A stretch of 64,000 nucleotides of DNA from Toensbergia leucococca (lineage: Eukaryota): the NCBI GenBank assembly GCA_022813965.1, contig JALDZS010000019.1:1-64000 (forward strand). Reading direction: 5' to 3'. Position 1 is the stretch's first letter. Every line of letters begins with the position of its first letter. A model generated the notes under the pieces. That model did not search any database, had not been told where the DNA came from, and saw only the letters and a program-made list of their open reading frames with translations. A program made the position numbers and the translations under genes. Positions 12,202-24,833 of this stretch are shown here, one piece after another.

Positions 12202-13894
12202 ATGACTGAGCTTCTGGACTTCATATTGAGCCAAGGAGAGCAGTTCAGAAGGCCAGACATACCCGATTTGTAGCAACTCTGTTGGCTAACCCTCGCTATA
12301 GAGCACGACTGGCTTCTTTATACTCCGACTTTCGCGTCCAGAAGAGCACAAATCCCGATGGCTTCGCTGCTAATATCTCCGCCTGGGAGAATGCCTTGAC
12401 TAAAGCTGCTCGAGCTGGATTAATCCCAGGGCCTCACGGAAGCCGAAGCCACGACCTTTTATCCCTGAGGACGGGCGAAGGTCTCTCAAGAGCCCTAGAG
12501 ACCAAAGATTGGGGTCAGCCGTTGGCGATAGGGGCTGTGATTGTAGGTGATTCCTCGTTCTCAGAGCCAAGTATGCATCTACAAGCTTGACAGTTGGGAT
12601 GGCAGGATGAAGCAATACTGCAGCGGCGGATGATACCGATGCAGGATTTCCTGACTTCCAAGACAAGCATCTACGATCGGAGCTGGGCTTCACAGCCATG
12701 GTGGCTCTTGTCATGGGGCTTGCGCCAAATTGGGCTCACGCATGGAACATTTGCGACGGGAAAAATACACACAGGCCGATTTGTTATAGTCGCAAATGTA
12801 GAAGTAGGTCGGAAATCCGAGTAGCACTTCACCTGATGTTAACGTGCTCCACAGGAAATTGGAGACAAGATTCTTTCCCAGGTTTCCAATCAGAGTAATC
12901 GAATGGATAGAACATATTCCGTAGATGACTTTAGGCAGGAGGTTGCTAAAATGATAAGCTTGCAAGAAGACCTGACGGACGGCGACCTGAGCATAATAGT
13001 CACACACTTGGCACGAGACAAGAAAGCCGTAGCATACAACAGTCAGGTAAGTCTAATTTATATTTTATTCAACAGAGCTCTGCTAATATGATAATTCAGA
13101 TCATCAAATTCAAGGGTCCTGGAGAGGCTCTATCATCCATATTGAGTGAAGACCATGCTATAGTTTCTCTCAAGAAGCTCATCGCTGATCTCAATACGCG
13201 AGTTGCCTCGCTGACCGTACGAGTGAAAGCTCTTTCAGACAGTGCACAGAAGGCGGTCGAGGCAAAAAATCGTGTGTCTGCCTTGGCCGCTCTTAAATCG
13301 AAAAAGTTGACCGAGTCCAAGCTGGCGCGTAGTTCAGACACTCTGTTACAGCTTGAAGATGTTTACAGCAAGATCGAGCAAGCTGCAGATCAGATTGAGG
13401 TTGTTCGTGTAATGGAAGCAAGCACAAGGATCCTACGCAGCTTGCATGCAGAAATTGGTGGTGTTGAGAGAGTTGATGACGTCGCAGAGGGATTGAGAGA
13501 TGAGATATTCAAAGTCAATGAGATTGGCGACGCTATCCAGGAAGCCGGACAAGAGAGCTACGCCGTGGACGAGAGCGCTATTGACCATGAGCTAGAAGCC
13601 ATGGTACAGCAGAATCGGACCGAAGAGGAAGAAAAAGGCGCGCAACATACGAAACAACGACTTGCGGAGATCGATAGTGAAACTCACTTGAAGACAAGCC
13701 AGGTGCTGGGAAACGAAGCACGCAGAAAATCTCAGTCGCCGACGCTGGATAGTATAGTAGAGATATCGCTGGTCGATGGCATCAGCGCCTTGAATCGGTT
13801 GTCATTGGACCGGAAGCAAGTATTCCCCGAGGAGCACGATTCAACGCACAACCAGTCGTCCGAAGCATTAGCTAGGGCGATCCCAGAAAATTGA
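12202..13894 (+). CDS. CHM7: ESCRT-II/III hybrid protein, CHMP7/Chm7/Cmp7-like (N-terminal winged helix plus Snf7 domain), multi-exon
   Basis: MTELLDFILS...FRR|ARLASLYSDF, NPDGFAANISAW, WGQPLAIGAV. C-terminal Snf7 coiled coil ALAALKSKKL...QLEDVYSKIEQAADQIEVVRVM. Confidence 0.8.
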
Positions 13895-14093
13895 GACTCG
13901 CAGCCATGGACAATGTGCTGGGTAATTGTTCTAATGCGAGCTACTGGCGGTTCATCTTCGTCAGCCATCATCCTATTGAAGGTCTTTCCATGGATTCTCG
14001 TTTTGTCTGCTCCAATCCATATTGAAAAAGAAAAGAACTCTCAGGAAGTTGTTGCTTCATTTGGGGCGCTTTCTAGCGATAGCAACCATCAAC

Positions 14094-15565
14094 CTAAGCT
14101 AGCACATTGCCAGTGCCATCTAATTCAGACTCAGGTTGGTGACGGATTCCCAGGTCTTTGGCTTCGAGGTCGATGACAGATCTCGAAGATCGTGAGTCTC
14201 TATCCTCTAGCTGCGGTCCACCTTTATCTAGGTTTTGATTTTCTGGATGTCCGATTGAGATATTAGTCGAGCAACCAGGCACCGGGTGGGTGAGAGGATC
14301 GCGGACGGCTCTAGGTTGGAATATATTGGACGATATCGAAGGATGGTAGGAGACAGGTTCGGGATCAAGATCCTTCTGGGCTTTAATCGGCGATTTACTC
14401 ACTGCCACGTCGCGGCTCGATTTTTGTCGTGCCCTGGCTATGAGGCGCTGGAAATCATCGTCATGGTTGACAGCCCAAGCAGTGCCATCGAAATCCTTTT
14501 TCATTAAATTGCCTCCACCGTTCAAAGCTCCGACGTTATTCGAAGCATGCCCCCCTTGACTTCTTTCCCAGACATCCAAGTCTTGGAGTAAGTCACGCTT
14601 TGTCCTCGGTCTTGACGAATCACAATTAGCATTCACAAGAGCAACCCATTCCGTGTGTCTTCTTATCAAAAGTGCTCTAGCACCCCAATTGGGAATACCG
14701 AGCTCGGTAAACTTTTTCCGCAAAGCGTTGTCCCGCAAGATTGAGTAGTTCAACTGTGGAATCCGCTCAGGCGGCTTGGGAGCTTTACGAGACCTGGAAA
14801 CAGGCGTTTCGTTATTAGAGGATATTGGGTTGCTGGATCATATCAGTATCTAATCTATTCCGCACTGTACTCATGGGTGGCTTACCGCAGTACTAAAGGC
14901 GTATTAACCAAGCTTTCTTCTACTACGGTGCTTTCTCTATGCGTGTCGAGATGGAGGAAAACATCTTCCTCCTTCATTCTTCTATCACAAATTGGACATG
15001 CTGTCAAACCATTCACTGTCATCGAATGAGCAAGTTCTAAGTCATGTAAACTGTGAAACTAACCAGGCTGCAGATCCTCGTCTTTTGCACTCTCAGACTG
15101 AATTTCAACATCTGCTTGCTGGAATTTGGGTATGTTTCGACTATCTGATCTCGTTTTTCTCCGCTGAGGACTCGGCTCGTCACCCCGCTCTATCGGTGAT
15201 ATATCTTCGCGTTTCCTTTTGAGCCTTTCCTGCCCAGCCTCTGTCCGGAGACCTACTACATCTCGTCCTAACCGTAGAATGTCCGGCCTTGCAACCTGAA
15301 AGACATCCACAAGTTCTTCCACCGAACAATTTCTTCGTAGCCTGAGCTCTTGATCTGGGGCCCGACAGGTAGGGCATTTACCATCGTTAGCTAAAGATCG
15401 GCGAATGCACAAGGAACAGAAGGTATGGGAGCAGGATGTAATCATAGGCGTATCGTAGAAGTCTTTGCACACTTGGCACCTGAGGGCTGCTTCCACAGGG
15501 GCTAGCTGCTTAACGGGTGTCTCGAGCCAATCTGAAGGATCCGCAACATCGTAGGAGTGATCCAT
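14094..15565 (-). CDS. RAD18: Postreplication repair E3 ubiquitin ligase Rad18 (RING, UBZ, SAP), multi-exon
   Basis: N-terminal [10 protein letters not shown]3HC4 [12 protein letters not shown]...[12 protein letters not shown]...CPTCR, a UBZ exon near 14930-15010, SAP region [13 protein letters not shown]...[15 protein letters not shown]. Confidence 0.93.
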
Positions 15566-15631
15566 GTAAGGGAGTGAAGGCGATGAGTGGAAAGATGAGA
15601 TTTAAACTCACTTGGGAATTTATTACAAGGA

Positions 15632-15670
15632 TTACGCGTAAAGTGGCATCGCGTTCTCCTCGTACCGCGT
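15632..15670. promoter_or_regulatory. MCB-like (ACGCGT/CGCG) elements in the RAD18-POL32 bidirectional promoter
   Basis: TTACGCGTAA at 15632-15641, plus CGCG cores at about 15650 and 15666, inside a 163-bp head-to-head intergenic region. Confidence 0.55.
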
Positions 15671-15728
15671 GCCTTGTCATTTATTCAATTACGAGCACAC
15701 ATTTGCTTTTGCTGAATAGGCGGTCATC

Positions 15729-17624
15729 ATGACAGCAGATTACCAGACGTACCTTGCTGCGAAGGTCCTGAACGATGCGAGTATTGTATGTTGAGAGGCT
15801 CTTGTGGCTATATAATTGCTAACATTGTTTCTTCTGTGCTAGGTAACATATCGCACGCTCAGCAGAGATCTGAAAGTACATAACAACGCTGCGAAGATGT
15901 AAGCCAATCTGAAGCACAGTGTAGCATGTAGAATAAGATGACTCAATCATATCAGGATGCTCTATGAGTTCCGCCACCTACAGAATATGAACAAGCCTGG
16001 TTCTATCTACGCAACTTTCCTTGTATGCGGTGCACGTACGGCTTTAAGGGCTACGAACGTTGACGGCCATAGTCAAGAAGATGATGAGGATGCACACATG
16101 CAAAGCAGTCCGTTCATGAGTAGCTCGGCGCCACCGCAAGACGATGCACGAGTTGACGCTTTGATGAGTGTCATTACCTTGGTTGGGGACAAGGACCTTG
16201 AAGGTAAGTGCCATGACTTTACGCTTAATTCATTTGTTCCTGTACTTTGTGCTGAACGAGGGACAAGCTGTCAAGTCGAAGTATGACGAGATTCACTCCG
16301 TGCATATCTACAGCCTGGGCCCAGGTATGATTGAGGTAATCATTCAGTCAGGAGCGTGAAAACTCGACCTTGTTCCGGTTCTGACGTATCAAGAATCTAC
16401 AAATCCTGTCAGATTGCACGAGGGTGATTGCGGTGAAGCATGCCAATGAAGACCCTTTGGAGACAGGGAGATTATATGGGGTTATTCAGAATGCTCAGGT
16501 CAAGGTCCGTGAATACCCTCCATAGTGTTGAGATCTTGTGTACTGATCAATTGGGCATGCAGCGTAGAAAAGGGCCACGACCAGCTTTAGTGGCTCCGGT
16601 GGTGACAGCCGTTAAATCTATCAGTACAACCTCAAGCATGACCCAAAAACGCAATGGACTAGCCCCAAACTCTCCTAAAGCATCCGATGAAAATGTGCCA
16701 AGGTGCAAAGTAAACAATCAACAGGAATCAAAGCCAGATATGGACTCTCAGCAGCCGAAAAACGGGTCTAAGAGAGCAATCGTGAAAACCCCTGCCATCA
16801 AGCGAGAGCAATCAGATTTCTTTAAGTCAATGTCGAAGCCCAAGACAAAACTTGATCGGGAGAACACTGATAGTTCTACCGGTGCATCTCCCGCCCCTAC
16901 TATAGTATTCTCGGTAAGCCTGGTGTTAGTATCGCTTCTTGATCGGCAGCTAAGAAAGCCTGGTAGGAGGATGCAAGCACCCATGAGGACGGTAGGTAAT
17001 ATCTTCCCTTATACAGCCCTTGGCACTAATGCGATTAGAAATAATGAAAGACGCCTCGGAAGATGAGCAGGAAGAAGATTTCATGGACAGGGCCGAAGCA
17101 AATCCTATCAAAGGTAGGAAAGCGAAGTCTGAGCGTACAGAACAGCTACGGAAAATGATGGACGATGAGGGTAAGACGGCAGCTCAATCGTCACTGAAAG
17201 AAGGCTGATTCAACAGACGAAGAAGAGAACACCCCAGACCATCAGCCTATTCCTTCCCAGGAGCTTGAGCCAATAGATGCCCCGGACCTACAGACGCAAT
17301 CAGCGTTGGAGGTACCAGCTTTGAGCAATGGAGGTCGCCGGCGAGGGCGACGGAAGGTAATGAGAAAGAAGATGCTGAAAGACGAAGAAGGATATCTAGG
17401 TTTGCTTACCCTCACCCTAAGCTGGCTACTGTTATACCCGAATTAACGTAGCTGTTAACTTAGTTACGAAAGAAGAACCCGCCTGGGAATCCTTCTCAGA
17501 AGATGAACCTCCTCTACAGAAAGCCAAAAATCCAACATCGACTGTGACGTCGGTTGGGAAGGGTAAGAAAGTTGTTGGGAAACCAGGGCAAGGAAATATC
17601 ATGTCGTTTTTCGGCAAGAAATAA
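15729..17624 (+). CDS. POL32: DNA polymerase delta subunit 3 (Pol32/Cdc27), many exons
   Basis: N-terminal MTADYQTYLAAKVL...VTYRTLSRDLKVHNNAAK|MLYEF, RRRGRRKVMRKK...DEEGYL|VTKEEPAWESFSE, C-terminal PCNA PIP box QGNIMSFFGKK. Confidence 0.9.
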
Positions 17625-18184
17625 GTCGCATTATCTCAACCATGTAAGGTGTAGTGAAGTTTGAAGGCTGATTTTGTAATTTTCGGTGACATGCCTGATC
17701 AGGACAAGCTCGTGCTGAAAAGCTCAGCAACGTCTTGATATGAGGGATTGTCATCGGCAAGACAACGATATTCAAATTATTATAACCTACGCTTTAGCGT
17801 TCTTCTGAGGACTACCTTAGAGGCCCTTGCTGGTGACGTATCACCGTGTCCACATAATAGTAGTACGGTGATCTTTTCTTAACTGTGGTTTTTCAAACTT
17901 GGTCTACAGCTGATTATATAAGGGAAACAGTTATTGTTTTGTACAATTATATGATTAAGAAACAGTTATCTTGTCAGAGTAGTTATAATAATAACAGTGT
18001 CACAGATATTATGGTGTTAGCTAAGAATAACAGTGACATTTGTTTTACTGCTTAGCAGTGATTTATTATTTTACATTAACACTGTATTATTGCATATGTA
18101 CAGTGTTTATACAGTTTATTATATTTCTAGACATCTATATATTTATTATATTATCTCTATTTAATTTCAAGCTGACAGTAGAGA

Positions 18185-18555
18185 TCTATGCTCTGTTATA
18201 TGTAAATTTATTACAATTTTCTAAGTAGATAAGTCATTAGCATAAGAATTTAAATCAGATAGATGAAGATTTATCTAAGTCATTTTGTATGTAAATTTAT
18301 CACAATTTTCTAGGTAGGTATGCAATTAGCAAGAGAATTTAAATCAGATAACTAAAGAAGACCTACCTAGGTCATTTTGTATGTAAAATTATCACAATTT
18401 TCTCACAATTTCCTTACAATTTTCTAGGCAGGTATGCAATTAGCAAGAGAATTTAAATTAAGTAAATGAAGAAGATCTATCTAAATCATGTGTAGAAATT
18501 ATTACAATTTTCTATGCAGTATAGTAATTAGCATGATGATTTAAATTAAAATAGA
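18185..18555. repeat. ~90-bp minisatellite, 4 copies
   Basis: Unit gtatgtaaatttatcacaattttctaggtaggtatgcaattagcaagagaatttaaatcagata... at about 18197, 18288, 18379 and 18490. Confidence 0.8.
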
Positions 18556-19002
18556 GTATAAAATGAGATAGAAAAGCATAAAGGTTTTTTAGATAAAGTT
18601 TACTACAAAATGACATATAATTGAGAAGGTAAATGATATACAATAGAGATAGAGAATTAAGTGCATACATAATATAAAATCTTGAGTTTTCTCTCTGTGA
18701 TCTTACACTTAGATACTACCTTAGAGTGAGGTAAAAATATTTTTTATTAAAACAACTGTAAGTCTGACACTATATTAACACTGTGTTTTTGTCATTAACA
18801 CTGTGTTTTTGTTATTAACACTGTGTTATTGTTATAGACATTCTGTTATTATTAAATAGTGTCAGTACTTTAACACAGACAGTAATTACAGTGTAAGAAC
18901 TGTTCTTTTTAGTTCACAGATTATCAATAAGACACAGTTAAGTATGAGTACAGTGTCAGATAAATTATAATAATGCTACAGTTAAAACTTAATAAAACAG
19001 TC

Positions 19003-20940
19003 TGTAAGAGTCTCTTTTAAGATTCTAAATTCTGAGTGTAATTGTTAATAACTGACTATCTAGTTATAAAATCACTAAATATACTGTGATGATGTCAAGT
19101 CACTTAGAGTTGCTGACTCACCTACTACCTTAGCTTTAAGAAAGCACTGTAACAATTGCCCTTCACAAAAAGCTTTGTTTATGCTCTCATGAATTTTTTA
19201 TAATCTTTTTTTTAGAAAGACATATTTTCTTGCCCTTATGACTTATGCTTGTACTCTTTTATAATTCATTCAGATCACAATAATAATGATGAGGTGATTA
19301 GAGTAATGCTAGAGATTTAATTAGTTTTGTAGGCAAAATAGCGGCTGATTCTCTGTAGAAAGTCATCAGTTTTGAAGGTATTTATTTGAATTAATTTGCA
19401 CACTGACAAATGACTAGAAAATTATAAGAGTTAGTAGGTAGGTGTGTTACAATTTTTCTATGCAGGGTAGTCAATTTTGATGTTTTGATGTGCCTGCAAG
19501 TCACTAGGGATTCCTGTATTTTTACAAGTCAAAATATCACCTTATCTCTTGATGATTTTAAATTAATTTAGATGCATAAATTCATGGCTAGAAGTCATAT
19601 TTTTGATGCTGAAGATGAATTTTATTTAGTATGTAAATCTGAGATGATATCTCTGTACTTATCTAGTAAAATAAGAGCTTATAAATTATAAAAAAGGTCT
19701 TCAATTATAAGTTTTATGACTGATAAGGTATATGTGATATGTGTTACAGCAGGAGTTATAGGTGTAGTCAGAGCTACCTTGAGTATTTCTGATATATCTT
19801 TATTATTATACACACTAATTATAATAGTATTAAAGTCATCAATGAAGTCAGAAATTAAGTCTCAAATAAAGTTAAAATTGTAGTCATAGGTGAAGTCAGA
19901 AATGAAGGATTCACAGATGTCACTAATCTCACTGAACTCACTGAACTCACTAAACTCAGAATAAGTGTCTTCATTATCTAAACTGACAGAAGAAGCTGAT
20001 AAGATGAAAGAAGCTATCAGTGTCAGTGCAATAAAGGCAACTGTTATAATAAAAGATACAGAGTGTTATGACTGAGTTGACTCACTAAGCCTCAATACTG
20101 ACCTAAGGGCATTGACACATGCCTAGCCGCATTGAGCCTAGCGCCGTTACCTGAGAGTATTTGTATGTAAACACTCACCACCTAGATACTTTCCTTCCTT
20201 AGTCTTAGTCTCCTTATCAATTATACCCTTATGACTAGACTCTGAGCCTGATTCTGACACAGAGATGACAGAAGATGTAGAGATAAATATAGCTGACTTT
20301 GCATGATGATCTCATACATGCTAATAAAGTAATGTGTTTAATAAGAGATTCTCAGAGTATCATCAGCCTGAGACTATTGAAGGCAAAGAAGTAGTAGAAG
20401 AAGAAGTAAAAGGTATGATTGAGTATTTCTCTTGCTGTTTCTTCTCTTGTTGTTGCTTAAAATACTTTAGCAAGCTTTCATAAAAGTTAGAGTATTCTGA
20501 TAAAGGGACCAGCTTTGCTGTGCTGAAGAAGGGCTGTGAAGGTGAGTTAATCATGCTATTTTTACAGGTTTAGATAGAGAATTGAATTTAGGTAGTAAAT
20601 TCAATTTAGATAGAGATTGCTGATAGATTGAGAGAATAATTAACCTATAGAGAAATTCAGAGGTAAGAATGTAGTTCTTTAATGAGTAGAATTATCTGAG
20701 ACTTCTACTCAGTCAATAATGAGTTAAATAATAGTGTACTCAGTCAATGATAAGTAACTTAATGACAACAGATACTGTTGCTATCATTTATAAGGGTCTC
20801 TTTTGAGATTTCAAATTCTGAGTGTAATTGTTAATGACTGACTATCTAGTCACAAAATCACTAGATATACTATGATGATGTCAAGTCACTTAAAGTTGCT
20901 GACTCACCTACTACCCTAGCTTTAAGAAAGCACTGTAACA
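19003..20940 (-). mobile_element. Non-autonomous LTR element, 152-bp LTRs, RIP-mutated
   Basis: Direct repeats 19003-19154 and 20789-20940 with TG...CA ends (one end RIP-changed to TA). Flanking 5-mers CAGTC and TAGTT differ only by C>T. PBS-like AATGATAGC (from AATGGTAGC) next to the right LTR on the minus strand. No pol motifs seen. Confidence 0.85.
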
Positions 20941-22742
20941 TAGTTCTACTACAACTATATTACATTGACATGACAAAGTTAATGTAAACACAATTAAAAG
21001 GTCTAAATAAGTGCTTATAAGATAGATAGTTGTTGTAAATAATCTGTATCTTAAGTATATGTGTTGTATATCAAATGATGATCTAAATGCTAGAATTATA
21101 AATATCTAGTATATAAGACTGAATCAATAAATAAATCAGGTCTGAGAACACTAATCTAAGCCCTTTGTGACATACACTAAACCCTTTATGAAAATATTCA
21201 TAACAGATAGTGAAGTATAGTCTATTTCTGACTTTAATACCTTAAAGTATGTTTATGCTTGATATTATTTATCTTTCTCACAAGTTAAGTTGAAATTTTC
21301 ACATGACTTTCAGATATGTTTTTGTAAAAAGTCTGAGAAGAGTAGTACTTAAGAGAAAAATATTCTGTCTAACAGTTATTGTTCTATAAAGCTTCTACCT
21401 TCTAAGAGCTCTTATTTCTAATACTGTTTTAATTAATATATTAGATATCACTGTTAAGTCTATATGACACTATTAAGTCACAGAATATAATTCAAAATTG
21501 ACTTTTTTAGACTAGAGGTAAGTTTGTTTATAAAAAGTATATTCTTACATATAAAATCTCTTTTCACTTATTGTCACAGTTAGACCTAGAGTCTAGTCAT
21601 AGAGATACTATTAAATAAAACACTAAAGGTAAAGATCTAAAAGTACAGAAAAGGAATGCTGTATAAGTTTCTAGCAGGATATTATCAGGTAACAGCTGTG
21701 ACATCTAATAACTCTACATGTTAACTTCTAGTCTCTGTGTTAACTTTAATCTATGTGTACACTAAGATGTTAGAGTAAATCATAACACTTATGAAGTCTT
21801 AGATACATAATTTATCTTACATTTCTTTAATTTATTCTCATTCTTACTCACTGACTTATTTTTATCATTGTCAGTGTAATAGAATTAAGCACAAAATAAT
21901 CTGTAATAAAAGAATCTTCTCAGAAATAAGAAGATAAGTCAGCTTGATTTATTCTTTTGTAAGGGTAAAACATAAAGTTATAAACAGATAATGTCAAGAT
22001 AAGGTGCTGTAATGAGTAAAAAGATTTCAGAAATGTGAGTATTAAAATTGATAATCTTCTGAAATAAATCTATTGATTCTCTACTTAGACCTTGTCTGAG
22101 AAACGGTGTAGTAGATACTAAGGGTTTATAGTATACTACTGAGTTATAAGACATGACTTGATTCAGCTTTTAGACAATCATCAGGTTTTAAGACTTTAGT
22201 CTTATATATATTAATTAAGACTGTGCTTACCTCTTTCTCCCTTCATTATATATTTACATAAGTGCTAAAAGTTGAGAGTTTAACTCATAAAAGTCATCAC
22301 TACTTGTACTTCAATCACTATATTAAATTCCTTAGTATTATCTCTCACTATGTTTGAACACAATCTTTATTTTGCTTCAGGTGAATGAATAAGTCAATTA
22401 TTGCACACATGCATATTATAGTACACAACCTTGACCATCTGTCTTGTCTATACCTCTCGGACTGACATCCCTTTTGATGATAGCAGACACATAAGCTACA
22501 AAGTGCAGGAAACTCCTACAACGACCCAATTGGAGAAAACTCTACCGGTTGCTAGACATACTCAAAAGCCGGCGAGAGAAAGTTTCTACTGTCTCCGTCA
22601 GTATTTATAAGAATCCGATTTTCTAAGATCTTGCAACGCAACTCGTGCAGTCTACTCCTCACAATATTTCTCCTTTAATATAACCCCCTGATCGCACTAT
22701 CTTCTCCATTTCGAGTACCACTCAACCTTCACCGATCCAACG

Positions 22743-23280
22743 ATGAAGATCTTAGCTATCCTTCTCAGCCTCGAGTCAGCGCCTCCGCCCTCGTCGCATC
22801 AGCGTAAATCCCTTCATTATTAACCTTTCACATGACTTCTGCCATCTACATCCTAAACAGTGTAGCCCTTCCTACCTCGACAGCTACCGCCACTTCTATC
22901 ACATCAACGGCCGCATCCCCTACCTGCACAATAAAGGTTTTCGCATCTCCTTGGATATTATTGAAACCCACAAGGACGGTCTATCAGCACCACTCCATTT
23001 CGTATCACTCAGTCAACTGCCATGGGTGTGAATTGCAGCTAGTCAATCCTTGGGGTCATGGCCCTGTAAGACATTTTTCATTGTTCTCGAAGCCCTGTTT
23101 CTAATATCCTTTTGTAATCTTTTTCCTTTAATTATCAAGCATTTCTCTTGTCACTTAGGGCTCCGACTAACATGTTTCAAATGCACATTTTAGGCTTGAT
23201 GTCCACACTTTACAACGACTAACACCGAGATTACCACGGTCTATCACTCCCGCGCTTGTGCTGAGCCGACGAGTGTGTAG
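22743..23280 (+). pseudogene. Disrupted small secreted protein gene (T-rich, VNCHGC...GHGP motif)
   Basis: Exon 1 (22743-22803) is 61 nt but exon 2 (from 22861) needs phase 2; adding one base restores the signal peptide MKILAILLSLGVSASALVASA. Putative exon 3 (23194-23280) has an in-frame TGA at 23197. Confidence 0.6.
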
Positions 23281-23650
23281 GTTTGATGGGTGACGTGGAT
23301 TTCTCAGCGAGGAGATCGATTTCTCCAAGTGATGGTTATAACACTTCCATGTCTTTAGAAAGTAATATATGGGAAATGAAACTGATGGACATATTAAACT
23401 ATTAAGCACTGACATGATCATAATTGCAATAAAGGCCATAATGCATTATCATTCGACTATGCATGAGTCTCATGGGAACTAGGACTAATGATACAATACT
23501 AGGGTATTGGTTTGAAGAGCAACTAGGCTATCCCAATGGAGACTAACGAGTCCCATTTTGGAGAGTATGGAGCAACAATAATGTCTCTTGCAAGACAAAC
23601 GCCCCGGGTAATGAGAGGGAAAATCCGAGCATGCTAGCATCGTAGCATAC

Positions 23651-24833
23651 CTAGTCCATCAAACCTTTCTTTCCATCACCATCAGTATCTTTCATTGGGT
23701 TCAGACGGTCCATGAGACTAGGCTTTTTTCCGGTAGTCCCAGCAATGTCGGTGTTTGAGCCGTAATTAGATCCAGTATTACCATATCCAGACCCCGTGCT
23801 GGTGCCAGTGCGGTTCGAGCCAGTGTTTCCATATCCAGATCCAGTGTTGTCATAACCCGATCCCGATCCAGTCTGAGTTGCTCCCATATTACGGGAGCCG
23901 TCCCGATCGGAATCGACACGAGGATCCACCTTGTTCTCAAATTTAGAAGAATGGGGACCAGTTGTGCTGGTTCCAGTGCCTGAACCACCGAGAGCACTGC
24001 CGACTGCACGAGGCTCACCCTCGAATCCATCATAACGCTCTTCACGGCCGGTTAAACTACCTCCTTGCTTCTTAAAGTCTGCCATGCTGACAGCTGGAAG
24101 AGCAGATGCGGAGTGGTGCTTAGCTTCATTGTGATGAACCTCGTGGATCGGGACAGTAGTGTGGACAACCGACGGCTGAATAGTCTCCTTTTGCACAATA
24201 GGCTGAATAGTCTGTAGCAACATATATTAGTGAAGACTTGCAAAGCGGGTTCGGAATAAGTTTACCTCATGTACATGGTGGTGTACATGCTCTCCAGCAA
24301 TAGTCGGAGCCACTGAGTGAGTTTCCTTGGTACCACCCTCGGTCCGGGTGTTTTGAAATTGAGCACGCTCTTGTTCTAGACGAGCTTTAATAGCAGCATC
24401 ATCTCCATGGTGCTGTTCACGTTCTTCAACAGCGGCCATGTTGTGGCGATGCTGTTCCGGTAGAACCTCGCGGTCCTTCACGGGCTGTATGGATGTATGG
24501 TAATGATCTTGGTGGACTTCGCGGTCGATGGCGGTAGTAAGCTCTTCATGACGATGCTTGGAAACGTTCTCTTGGACGACTGCCGGAGCAACCTTTTCAT
24601 GGACAGTAGTGTCATGGTGACCAGCCTTGGACCTGGGGAAGCACAAAGAAGTCAGTGATCATTTAGAACTTAAAGTCAATGCCATGGAATGACAGTATGA
24701 TGATAGACCAACTGAGAGTCCAATGCATCCACAAAGGAGTCAAGTGAAGAGGCAGGGTCGGACTGGCAAAAGTGAGCAAAACGTGATGACAGGCTTACAT
24801 GAAGTCACTGACAGCTGCCTTAGCTTTATCCAT
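23651..24833 (-). CDS. His-rich hydrophilic fungal 'allergen'-like protein (3 exons)
   Basis: MDKAKAAVSDFM|SKAGHHDTTVHEKVAPAV, REVHQDHYHTSIQPVKDREVLPEQH, EHVHHHVHE|TIQPIVQKETI, DPRVDSDRDGS, G/S/T-rich repeats, KPSLMDRLNP...DGDGKKG. Canonical introns. Confidence 0.85.

Larger units (their letters stand above)
17870..22430. mobile_element. AT-rich RIP-mutated repeat block (nested transposon relics)
   Basis: Abrupt shift to high AT with near absence of CpG, TpA excess and no intact long ORFs. Contains a minisatellite and an LTR element. Confidence 0.85.

Noticed and set aside
17870..22430. Starship or other giant element boundary
   Set aside because: No tyrosine-recombinase captain gene or diagnostic terminal repeats recognised.
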